From: Eledone cirrhosa
Taxonomy: Eukaryota
Direction: 5' to 3'
Assembly: GCA_964016885.1 (NCBI GenBank)
Contig: OZ024742.1
Coordinates: 64,666,001 to 64,730,000, forward strand
Length of the DNA stretch: 64,000 nt
Shown here: piece by piece, positions 13,936-25,504 of the stretch
Numbering within the stretch: the stretch's first letter is position 1
How the letters are laid out: each line of letters opens with the position of its first letter
The notes under the pieces: model-generated
Databases searched by the model: none
What the model was told of the DNA's origin: nothing
What the model saw: the letters and a program-made list of their open reading frames with translations, nothing else
Translations under genes and position numbers: made by a program

Positions 13936-13967
<32 letters not shown>

Positions 13968-14060
13968 ATGTGTGTGTGTGTGTGTGTCTGATGGTAGTTA
14001 AGATGCTTCCATAGGCGGTATGCCGGTTGAACACTCTATGCTCTAACAGAGCAGAGTATG

Positions 14061-14407
14061 ATATAATATAAAACGAAAAGTCAGTGATGCATCTGAACTC
14101 AATTTATTGTGTGTTACAATTGTTTCGCCGGTGGACAGCTCGAGACGCGATCATTGTGTGGATCTGTCTGATTCTGGACCCGCAGGTTCGGCGGACACAT
14201 CTAATGATTTCGGAGCATATTCTTCCACTGAATCTTCCACTAGAAGAATATGCTCCAAAATCATTAGACGTGTCCGTCGAATCTGCGGGTCCAGAATCAG
14301 ACAGATCCACACAATGATTGCGTCTCGAGCTGTCCACCGGCAAAACAATTGTAACACACAATAAATTGAGTTCAGATGCATCACTGATTTTTCGTTTTAT
14401 ATTATAT
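14061..14407. repeat. Near-perfect inverted repeat, ~165-bp arms, ~16-nt loop
   Basis: Mirror ORFs 14084+/14151-; arm differences seen are transitions; abuts (TA)n. Confidence 0.95.
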
Positions 14408-14419
14408 ATATATATATAA

Positions 14420-15343
14420 GTACAGTAGCCAGAGTCAGAACAGGATGGAAAAAGTTCAGAGAGCTTTTACCACTAGTGGCTGCTAAAGGTTTCTCTCTAA
14501 AAATGAAAGGCAGATTGTATGATGCATGTATACGAACAGAAATGTTACATGGCAGTGAAACATGGGCATTGTGTGCAGAGGACCTGCGCAGACTGGAGAG
14601 GAACGAAGCATGCATGCTCCTCTGGATGTGTAATAGTAATATATGTGAACAGCAAAGCATAAATGAACTAAGTGAGAAATTAGGTATAAGAGGGATCAGA
14701 TGCTGTTTACTCGTGAGAAGACTACGTTGGTATGGTCACGTGATGCGCATGAAAGACGACAGCTGTATTAAAAAGTGCAGGTTGATCAAAATTGACGGAA
14801 GTTACGGAGTAGGTAAACCCAGAAAAACCTGGGATGATTTGATAAATTCCAACCTTACACATTTACAACTCTCTAAGACAATGTCGATGGACCAAGATCT
14901 TTGGCGCTACGCAGTAATACAGAAAACCTGCCTCGCCTAAGTACAAAGTGAAACCTACAATCAGTAGGCACCTCTTAATAAAATATACAGCCCCCACCCC
15001 CACTACCCCAACTCCCCCCACCCCCATCAACACCAACCCTTTCTCTGTAAAGTTATGTTGGTACCACAACACCCAGTCCTAAATAAATGAGGTCGTGTAG
15101 GTGTCACGACAAAAAAACACACAGCCCACGCTGTAATGTGGCCGTGTAGGTAACACAGTAAAAACCTCCCTGTATACACTGTAAACATGGTTGGTGTTAG
15201 GAAGGGCATCCAGCCATAGAAAACCTGCCAGACAGTCCTATATGAGCAAGACAACTAATCTTGCCTCAAGTGGGACAATTCCCATCTAAACCCATGCTAG
15301 CGTGGAAGATAGGCGTTAAACGATGATGATGATGATGATGATG
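14420..15343 (+). mobile_element. RTE LINE 3' fragment with UTR and (GAT)n tail
   Basis: LHGSETW...RLRWYGHVMRM...KPRKTW; same UTR as the 50325-50690 copy. Confidence 0.92.
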
Positions 15344-15362
15344 ATATATATATATATCAATA

Positions 15363-15409
<47 letters not shown>

Positions 15410-15432
15410 GAAACATATATTGTAAGGAATAA

Positions 15433-16985
15433 ATAATTGTTTCTACATTTGGCACAAGGCCAGCAATTACCCAGTACATTACTGGTACTTTATTTTATCA
15501 ACCCCGTAAGGATGAAAGGCGAAGTTAACCTCAACGGGATTTGAACTCAGACTGTAAAGGGACGTAACTATGCTAGAAAGCATGGTGTACAGCCCTCTAC
15601 CAATACTGCCAAAATAAATAATGTTGATACGTGTGTTTTGATTCTCCATCATAATTTTCTGTTTATATTCGCTCTGCTTATATCCTGTGATATTAATTCT
15701 GCTAACTCCACTTTAATATTTAATATTGGAGTGTGCATACTTCGCTTATAAATATATATAATATATATATGTATATAATAATTGTTTCTACTTTTGGCAC
15801 AAGGCCAGCAATTATCCCAGTACATTGCAAGCAGGGAAAAGCGGACGTAAAATGAAAGATGATTACTAGTGCTTTATTTTATCAACCCCGTAAGGATGAA
15901 AGGCAAAGTTAACCTTGGCAGGATTTGAACTCAGACCACAAAAGACCGTAACTCTATGCTACAAAGCATGGCATCCGACCCTCTACTGATACTGCCAATC
16001 TATCACCCTATATATCTAAACTATAATAAAGTAAGAAGTGCGGGACTGCGTCCAGAATTTATTTTTTATCCCATTTGTGAAATAAGTTGGATTACTTTGA
16101 ATAAATAATGAATGAATATTACATGATTTATCTACTAAATTTCGTTATTCTTGATTAAATATAGATAATTTTGTTGCTTATTTTAAGATTCACTTCTTTA
16201 AAATTTTCAAACGTCAACACTTCCGGTTAGCGATCACTTAAATAAACATTCATATATTTCCGTCACTAATTTTCTCCTAATGCAGTTTATATATAATATC
16301 GTCTTTTTAATGTATCAGGGATTACGTTACTGATTACATAGGACAGTGTAACGCAGTCTTCGTTCTATTTCTGTGTATATTGTCAATTACGATTTTATTT
16401 GATGTATCATATCTACATGCATATATACTTCCATATAATATCAATATGCACACTACACATGCTAGCAGAAAACCACCGAAGGATGGTTTTTCTGCTAGTA
16501 TATATAATAATTGTTTCCACTTTGGGCACAAGGCCAGCAATTATCTTAGTGCATTACTGGTACTTTATTTTATCAACCCCGTAAGGATGAAAGGCAAAGT
16601 TAACCTCAGCAGGATATGAACTCAGACCAATAAAAGTAGGAACAAGGAGTCAAAGTAACATTATTATAATTATTCATGGATGACATGTTTCATGATTGAT
16701 CATCTCAAGGTCAAATCCTGATTGCACCCAACTCTGGAATTGATGATACTTTGACACCTCGTTCCAACTCATAATTATTATTATTAAAGGGCAGTGGATT
16801 ATCAGTATCGGCAGAGGGTCGAACGCTATGCTTTGCAGTATAGAGTTACGGCCCTTTATGGTCTGAGTTCAAATCCTGCCGAGGTTAACTTTGCCTTTAC
16901 GGAATCGATAAAATAAAGTACCAGTAACACACTGGGATAATTGCTGGCCTTGTGTTAAAAGTAGAAACAATTATTATTATTATTA
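15433..16985. mobile_element. Cluster of four Meta/MESC-core SINE copies (15433-15612 -, 15776-16008 -, 16506-16628 -, 16789-16985 +)
   Basis: Shared core and tail sequence. Confidence 0.85.
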
Positions 16986-17500
16986 TTAACACTCAGCTTA
17001 TGAAGGAGATCAGCCATAGTAAAACACCAAATGTCCAATACCACATACTATACTAAACTGGACCCCTGTATGTATTGAGTGCTGAAGCTGGTGAATCAAT
17101 TGTAAAGTAAAGTTACAAACCATTAAACTATATATATATATATGTATATATATGCAGAGGTTATATTTAATTTGTTGGGATTCAACAAGCTTAAAAATCT
17201 TTATAACTGATATAAATACACAATATATTAATAAATGGAAACTATATTTATAAAACCATATTTATTATATTATACATAATTCAAGGGCCACCAAGGCAAA
17301 TTATCACATATCACCTTCTTCCAACAGTTTAATTTAAATAAACCGTTATCTTTTCAACCTTTCGGACACTCATTTGCATACTCATTCATAATTTTCTATC
17401 ACCCTCAATAAATGTAATATCTCCACTGTCCAGGAAGCTCCAACAGTTAAGGTTGTCTTTTTTTCCGGGTATGTCAATATTTATTTATAAAACAAATCTG

Positions 17501-17566
17501 TATTTTATCTGATGAAAGTGCACCATAATTTGCCTCGGTGGCCCTTGAAATATGTATAATAAAATA
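17501..17566 (+). ncRNA. Type I hammerhead ribozyme inside a foldback element (~17225-17585)
   Basis: TATTTTAT-CTGATGA-AAG..CACC..GGTG..CTT-GAAA-TATGTA-TA-ATAAAATA; 8-bp stem I. Confidence 0.8.
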
Positions 17567-17587
17567 AATATGGTTTTATAAATATAT

Positions 17588-17925
17588 GGAGGCATATGGC
17601 TTAGTGGTTAGAGCATTGGCCTTGCAATCGAAAGGTTGTGAGTTCAATTCTCGGACCGGGTGATTGTTGTTTCCTTGAGCAAGAGACTTTATTTCACATT
17701 GTTCCAGTTTACTCAGCTGTAGAAATGAGATGATAGGGACAGGGGTCCCTATCATTCCACTGCAAAGTGGTCGTGGAGGTGCCACGACAAAAAAGCACCT
17801 GGCACTCACTGTAAATGAGGTTGGTGTTAGGAAGGGCATCCAGCTGTAGAAATCAAGCCAGTATCAGTTCCCGTCCCACCCTTGCAAGCAGGGAAAAGCA
17901 GACGTAAAATGATGATGATGATGAT
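17588..17925 (+). mobile_element. tRNA-derived SINE with Ceph domain and RTE-type (GAT)n tail
   Basis: A box TGGCTTAGTGG, B box GAGTTCAATTC, CCTTGAGCAAG core, GTTAGGAAGGGCATCCAGCTGTAGAAA. Confidence 0.88.
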
Positions 17926-17941
17926 TTATTAATATATTATG

Positions 17942-18020
<79 letters not shown>

Positions 18021-18566
18021 TCATCATCATCATCATCGTTTAACGTCTATCTTCCACGCTTATATGGGTTTAGACGGGAATTGTCCCACTTGAGACAAGA
18101 TTGGTTGTCATGCTTGTATAGGACTGTCTGGCAGGTTTTCTACGGCTGGATGCTCTTCCTAACACCAACCACATTATATGTGTGTGTGTGTGTGTGTGTG
18201 TTTGTTAGGTGTGCAACTACATTTACATATCTATATCTATCTATATATTTATTTCTATATGCAGTTAATTGACTGAAGTAGTGCACTCCACCTTCTGATC
18301 AGTCAACAGAATAAAATGCAAGTAGAATAAAATGTTCATTTTTGTAGTCCAGGCCGGAGCATACAAAACAGTAAATATTGTGAAGTATATATAAGTAACC
18401 CATGCTAGCGTGGAAGATAGACTTTAATCGATGGTGATGATGATGATACCAATGTTTGTTTCTCTTGAGCAGGCATAAGTGTTTTAGGTGAGTGACTGTG
18501 GTGTTGATAATCATCTATTTCCAACACAGTATTTACAAGATAGTTGAAAACTAATCTAACATTGGT

Positions 18567-20530
18567 TCAAGTTAATCTGACATAGTGAACCTTGGTTGAG
18601 AGACAGTTAAAGATAAGATAACCCTTCTATTCAAGTTAATCTGACATGGTGAACCTTGGTTGAGAGATAGTTAAAGACAAGATAACCATTCTACTCAAGT
18701 TAATCCGATATAGTGAACCTTGGTTGAGAGATAGTTAAAGACAAGATAACCCTTCTACTCAAGTTAATCTGACATAGTGAACCTTGGTTGAGAGAGAATT
18801 AAAGACAAGATAACCATTCTACTCAAGTTAATCCGATATAGTGAACCTTGGTTGAGAGATAGTTAAAGACAAGATAACCATTCTACTCAAGTTAATCTGA
18901 CATGGTGAACCTTGGTTGAGAGATAGTTAAAGACAAGATAACCATTCTACTTAAGTTAATCTGACATAGTGAACCTTGGTTGAGAGAGAGTTAAAGACAA
19001 GATAACCCTTCTACTCAAGTTAATCTGACATGGTGAACCTTGGTTGAGAGAGAGTTAAAGACGAGATAACCCTTCTACTCAAGTTAATCTGACATGGTGA
19101 ACCTTGGTTGAGAGAGAGTTAAAGACAAGATAACCCTTCTACTCAAGTTAATCTGACATAGTGAACCTTGGTTGAGAGAGAATTAAAGACGAGATAACCC
19201 TTCTACTCAAGTTAATCTGACATAGTGAACCTTGGTTGAGAGAGAATTAAAGACAAGATAACCCTTCTACTCAAGTTAATCTGACATAGTGAACCTTGGT
19301 TGAGAGATAGTTAAAGACAAGATAACCCTTCTACTCAAGTTAGTCTGACATGGTGAACCTTGGTTGAGAGATAGTTAAAAACAAGATAACCCTTCTACTC
19401 AAGTTAATCTGACATAGTGAACCTTGGTTGAGAGAGAATTAAAGACAAGATAACCCTTCTACTCAAGTTAGTCTGACATGGTGAACCTTGGTTGAGAGAT
19501 AGTTAAAAACAAGATAACCCTTCTACTCAAGTTAATCTGACATAGTGAACCTTGGTTGAGAGAGAGTTAAAGACAAGATAACCCTTCTACTCAAGTTAAT
19601 CTGACATAGTGAACCTTGGTTGAGAGAGAGTTAAAGACAAGATAACCATTCTACTCAAGTTAATCTGACATAGTGAACCTTGGTTGAGAGAGAATTAAAG
19701 ACAAGATAACCCTTCTACTCAAGTTAGTCTGACATGGTGAACCTTGGTTGAGAGATAGTTAAAAACAAGATAACCCTTCTACTCAAGTTAATCTGACATA
19801 GTGAACCTTGGTTGAGAGAGAGTTAAAGACAAGATAACCCTTCTACTCAAGTTAATCTGACATAGTGAACCTTGGTTGAGAGAGAGTTAAAGACAAGATA
19901 ACCATTCTACTCAAGTTAATCTGACATAGTGAACCTTGGTTGAGAGAGAGTTAAAGACAAGATAACCCTTCTACTCAAGTTAATCTGACATAGTGAACCT
20001 TGGTTGAGAGAGAATTAAAGACAAGATAACCCTTCTACTCAAGTTAGTCTGACATAGTGAACCTTGGTTGAGAGATAGTTAAAGACAAGATAACCCTTCT
20101 ACTCAAGTTAATCTGACATAGTGAACCTTGGTTGAGAGATAGTTAAAGACAAGATAACCCTTCTACTCAAGTTAATCTGACATAGTGAACCTTGGTTGAG
20201 AGAGAATTAAAGACAAGATAACCCTTCTACTCAAGTTAATCTGACATAGTGAACCTTGGTTGAGAGATAGTTAAAGACAAGATAACCCTTCTACTCAAGT
20301 TACTCTGACATAGTGAACCTTGGTTGAGAGAGAATTAAAGACAAGAGAACCCTTCTACTCAAGTTAGTCTGACATGGTGAACCTTGGTTGAGAGATAGTT
20401 AAAGACAAGATAACCATTCTACTCAAGTTAATCTGCATAGTGAACCTTGGTTGAGAGAGAATTAAAGACAAGATAACCCTTCTACTCAAGTTAATCTGAC
20501 ATGGTGAACATTGAATGAGAGAGAATTAAA
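18567..20530. repeat. 64-bp minisatellite, ~30 copies
   Basis: Unit TCAAGTTAATCTGACATAGTGAACCTTGGTTGAGAGAGAGTTAAAGACAAGATAACCCTTCTAC. Confidence 0.97.
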
Positions 20531-21158
20531 GATCCATCCACCCCTTGATGGCAGTAAAGAGGGACATTAAATGATGAGAATAATGATGATAACCTTTCTA
20601 CTGAAGTTAATCTGAAATGGTAACACTTGGTCGAAGGAGAGTTAAAGACCCTATAAAACTTTTATTCAATTGTTTCAATTCTCAGTTGCATGCATCTGAT
20701 TACCCACTAACAGTAAATTGCTTTATTGAAAATCATGAATGAACTTCACAACCTCACAATAGTTTTTTTTTTTTTTTAAATTGCAAATCTTTTGTTCTTT
20801 GTTTCTTATCAGAAAAAAAAAGCAAAAATATATATACAATATATAAATAAATGTAAGCACAGGCAACATAGGGGTGTTTGAAGCTTTGTTGAGTGAAGAA
20901 AAGGCTTTCACTGGACCAATCCCACTCATTGAACAATGGTGATAGGTATCCAGAAAGAAGAATAGGTCAACATCATTAGTAGCCATCAAATTGCAGGTTT
21001 TACATCACAGTTTTCCTTCTCCAAGAATGATGTCCTAACAAGAACTAGGGGTCTCTCACTTCTAGTGGGCTAACCATGTACTCAGGCACCAAACCAAGTA
21101 TGTCCATATCCCCGCACATACATACATGCATAAATAGATAGATAGATAGATAGATAGA

Positions 21159-21650
21159 TTTCTTTATTTGCCACAAGGGCACACATAAAAGGGGACAATA
21201 CAAAGACACATGCCGGGGATTTTACATACAGTCGTGTAAAAATATTGAAACAAACAATTATAACAATCGAAATCCCTAATAAGGGGGAGGCGTCACAAAT
21301 GGGTTGTTTAATACCACGTCGCTAGAACAACCTTCAACTTCAGGAGCATGTTGTGCAATTGCTCCTTTCTTCCTATTGCTCTCTTCTTTAACCTATAGGC
21401 TTATAAACAGAGAAGGTCCAATCACTCGGGCCATTTTCGCTTCATTCACCCACTTTCAGTAAATTTACTGGGGTGCAGTGCCTCTCTCTCCACTCTGATT
21501 CTCCTTCTAAAGTGATACTTAAAGAAGGGAATCAATTGTTGTCCGGAGAGAAAGGCATCTGTCCTCAGTCCTCTCAATCTCGTCCACCATATAACCTCTT
21601 TCACCATAGCCACTGTACAGAGGAAAACCGCCTCTCTTTCGTTTTTGAAA
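21159..21650 (-). mobile_element. Tx1/L1-like 3' fragment inside (GATA)n
   Basis: AVFLCTVAMVKEVIWWTR...FFKYHFRRRIRVERE..KF resembles the Tx1 ORF2 C-terminus; AATAAA just before the microsatellite. Confidence 0.6.
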
Positions 21651-22027
21651 GATAGATAGATACATACATACTTACTTACATACTTTTTAGTCCTGCGAGG
21701 GACTTACCTATGGTCAGCAATGCCATGCATCACAAAAAAATGTCACATATCAAGCAATGCCTATGCTTGAAGCTTTTCTAAGCGAGAAAAGGCTTTGCAT
21801 GGGGGCCAATCCTACTCTTTGAACATCGAATGCAATTTCCCAAAAAGTAGAATTGGTCTATATCATTGGATGCAAATGAAGTTGCAGTCCCAGAGAGATG
21901 TCTTAATAAAGACTAGGAGTCTCTTGCTCCACAAAAAATTAACACACATACATGCATACATACATACATACATACATACATACATACATACATACATACA
22001 TACATACATGCATACATACATGCATAC

Positions 22028-22617
22028 ATGGTGGCTGCCACTAATTTATATCCATATAGGAGAACCCCTACCGATGTGCTGAATGAGTGTGACTTTTTAG
22101 TCCAGCCAGCGACTTGAAAACTCTGGTACAAACACTACACTTGTGACAATTATTGACACATAGTGCTGGGCCCATGGTACCATGTGACGACTAGTGCAGA
22201 GAGATCTCCAGATATAAAGCAATGCCTGTGCTGTGAAGCTTTTATAGTGAGCAAAGGCACTGCACAAAGCCAGTCCCACTCTCTTAACCAAGATGATATT
22301 TACCAAAAAGAAGAACAAGTCAACATCATTGGAAACCATCAGGGTTGCAGGTGTTATATCAGAGTTTTCCTTCTCCTAGAATTCTGCCTTGACAAAGGCT
22401 AAGGGGTCATCTCTCCCGGTGATTTTGGATGGCCATTGACTCTTAAGAGCTCCTTTGCCCTTTGACAGGTTTTGTTTTTAGTCCTGCAGGATGTCCGAAG
22501 TCACCCTCCTCACCAAGAAACCTTGGTGGGGTTGCCAGTTTAGTTGCCAACAACCTGACCATGGGACAGGTTGTACTGGGATACATGTTACCAGAAGCAC
22601 CAACTGGTGACCTGACA
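22028..22617 (-). mobile_element. Dispersed single copy of the ~600-bp element
   Basis: Reverse complement of the 37.0-37.6 kb unit; (CATA)n flanks. Confidence 0.9.
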
Positions 22618-22640
22618 TGCATACATACATGCATACATAA

Positions 22641-23262
22641 TATGAAAGAGTACTGGTGGAATGTTCCAGTAAAAACCCCAATAAAATGCAGGCATAACAG
22701 ACCAGATATTATGATATGGGACAGGGAGAAGAAACATGCACAGTAGTGGAAATTAGCTGCCCAGCAGATGCCAATATAATATCAAAGATTAGTGAAAAGG
22801 AGAATATTTATGCAGAACTGCTGAGAAATCTGCAGATACTCCACCCTGATTACACCTTCAGATTTATGCCTGTGTTTATTGGGGCACTGGGATATGTTAG
22901 TAACTGTCTCAATACAAATCTTGAGAAGCTAGGCTTCACAGGAACAGAAAGAACACAACTAGTTAGGAAACTACAAGTACAATCCATTAATGGAACAGTA
23001 AAAATATGTAAAACATTCCAAAAATGTTGCATCTAATAACTGCATATACACATGTACAGATACAAAGCATATACACATGCACACATACAACTCAAAACAT
23101 ACACATCCACACATACAATAACATCCATATCTACACATGCATGCATACATACATATCTACCTAGTTGATGTTGTGTAAATTCTAATGAGAGAGTCTTGTG
23201 TCTATGTTAGAAACCGACTCTCTCTCTATTGGTAAAACTTTGTGAAATTATAAAACCAGAAG
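22641..23262 (+). mobile_element. 3' fragment of another restriction-like-endonuclease (R4/NeSL-type) retrotransposon
   Basis: WWN.P...HNRPDIMIWD / VVEISCP..K.NIY.EL...IGALG across a frameshift; CATA repeats at the flanks. Confidence 0.8.
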
Positions 23263-23271
23263 AACATACAT

Positions 23272-23606
23272 ACATCATCAATATTTTACGTCCGCTTTTC
23301 CCTGCCTGCAAGGGTGAGATGGGAACTGATTCTGGCTTGATTTCTACAGCTGGATGCCCTTCCTAACACCAACCTCATTTACAGTGAGTGCTGGGTGCTT
23401 TTTTGCCATGGCACCTCCACGACCACTTTGCAGTGGAATGATAGGGACCCCAGTCCCTATCATCTCATTTCTACAGCTGAGTAAACTGGAACAATGTGAA
23501 ATAAAGTGTCTTGCTCAAGGAAACAACACATCACCCGGTCTGAGAATTGAACTCACAACCTTTCGATTGCAAGGCCAATGCTCTAACCACTAAGCCATGT
23601 GCCTCC
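23272..23606 (-). mobile_element. Same Ceph-domain tRNA SINE (partial relatives at 5519-5836, 39255-39580, 47165-47445)
   Basis: Reverse complement of 17588-17925. Confidence 0.88.
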
Positions 23607-24049
23607 ATTCATACATACATGCATACATACATATGTTATCTGTGACAAAATATATATGTGGGAATGGTTATGTGATGTACAAAAGGGTTGAATATAGGGA
23701 AGTTGATATGTGGTGTAATAAAGACATGGGGAGTGGATGTGGGAAGGATGATGGGGGATGTGTGGAAAGGGTGATGGAGGGGGATAAGGCTAAGGCAATG
23801 ATGGGGAGAGGAAGGAATGAAAGAATTGCAATCAAATGACATAATTGTATTACCTGAGATGCAGCTTCTTGGACATATATATATATTTTTATGTTTATAC
23901 ACGAGTGCGTGTATATGTATATATGTAAATATGTATGTATGTATGTATGTTTGTACGTATGTATGTGTGTATGTATGTGTATATGTGTATATATGTGTAT
24001 ATATGAAGGTCGTCTTTGTTGAGATATTTCCACCGGAAGCTAGTGAACC

Positions 24050-24735
24050 AACAGGCAGGTAAAATTCAATCACAGTAGATAATAAAATCACAGGAGGTGT
24101 ACAGGTAAGGTAAATTGTAACACACAGGTGTTAGGACAGGTAAGAAAGCAGAAGGTAATCAAGGTATTCCAGATAAAACCAATCAGTCAGAAGTGAACAG
24201 GTAAGTTGTAACACAAACGTGTTAGGATAGGTAAGAAAATAACCAAGGTGTTCCAAGTAAAACCAGTCAACCAGACGTGTACAAGTAAGGTAAACTGCAG
24301 ATAAGGTAAACTGCAGATAAGGTAAACTATAGCACACATGTGTTAGGACAGGTAAGATAGGAGAAAGTAATCAAGGTGTTCCATGTAAGATTAATTAGTC
24401 AGAGGTGTACAGGTAAGGTAAACCTCAAGTAAGGTATAGCACACAGGTGTTTGGACAGGTAAGAAGATAGCAGAAGGTAACCAAGGTCTTCCAGGTAAAA
24501 CCAATCAGCCAGAGGTGTACAAGTAAGGTAAATCTCAGGTAAGGTAAATTATAGCATACAGGTGTTAGGACAGGTAAGGAAGCAGAACGTAATCAAGGTA
24601 TTCCAGGTAAGGCCAATCAGTCAGAAGTGTACAAGGTAAACCTTTTCAGGTAAGGCATAACATGCAGGTGTTAAGATAGGTAAGATAGCAGAAGGTAAAG
24701 AAGGTGTTCCAGGTAAGATTAATCAGTGAGAGGTG
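24050..24735. repeat. Degenerate ~120-130-bp tandem repeat rich in CAGGTAAG
   Basis: Recurring GGTGTACAGGTAAGGTAAA..GTGTTAGGACAGGTAAG. Confidence 0.8.
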
Positions 24736-24799
24736 TCTTCACTGTGGATTGTTTCCTTATAATGTTCAGACAGAAGCTAACTTCTTAGAAGAAACAGCA

Positions 24800-25460
24800 G
24801 CTTCCCTCCCCCTCTCTCCCTCTTTCTCTTCCCTCCCTCTCTCTCTTCCCTCCCTCTCTCTCCCTTTTCCTCTCCCTTCCCACTCTCACCCTTTCTCTCT
24901 CCTTCTCCCTCTCCATTTTATACACCAGCTCACCATCAAACACACTCACCCACCTGTACCTATCATTCTCTCTCTCGCTTTCGCATTCTCTCTTTCTTTC
25001 TCACTCACTCTCTTACTTTCTCTCATTCTCCCTCTCACCCTTACATATTCACCCACCCATTCTAACAACATTACATATCACTCTTTTCATTCTCCCATTG
25101 TCTCTCTTCCTCTTTTTCACTCTCTTGCCCCTTTCCCTCTTTCCCCCTTTTCCTCCTTCTTTCACTCTCTCTCCTTTTCTCTTCCCATTAGCCTCCCTTT
25201 CTTCTTCATTACATATCCCTCACTCTCTCATTCTTTCTCTCTCTTACACATTTAACCTTGTTTTCTCCCTTATTACCTATATCTCTCTCTCTCTCCCATT
25301 TTATCCCTACCTCTCTCACTATTCCCCTCATTACTCTCTCACTCTCCTCTCTATCCCTACCTTCCTCTCTATTTCCCCTCCTCTTACTCTCCTTCTCTCT
25401 ATCACTATCTTCCTCTCTCTCTCCCTCTCTCTCTCTACCCCATCCCTCTTTCTATATATC
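24800..25460. repeat. Polypyrimidine (CT-rich) low-complexity tract
   Basis: Almost G-free on the plus strand. Confidence 0.9.
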
Positions 25461-25504
25461 TATCTATCCATTTATATCCAGTTTAGGGGATAAGAAGATC
25501 ATCA

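Noticed and set aside
17588-17660. tRNA gene
   Set aside because: A/B boxes run directly into a SINE body and recur at 23.5 kb
18567-20530. CRISPR-like array
   Set aside because: Contiguous 64-bp units without variable spacers
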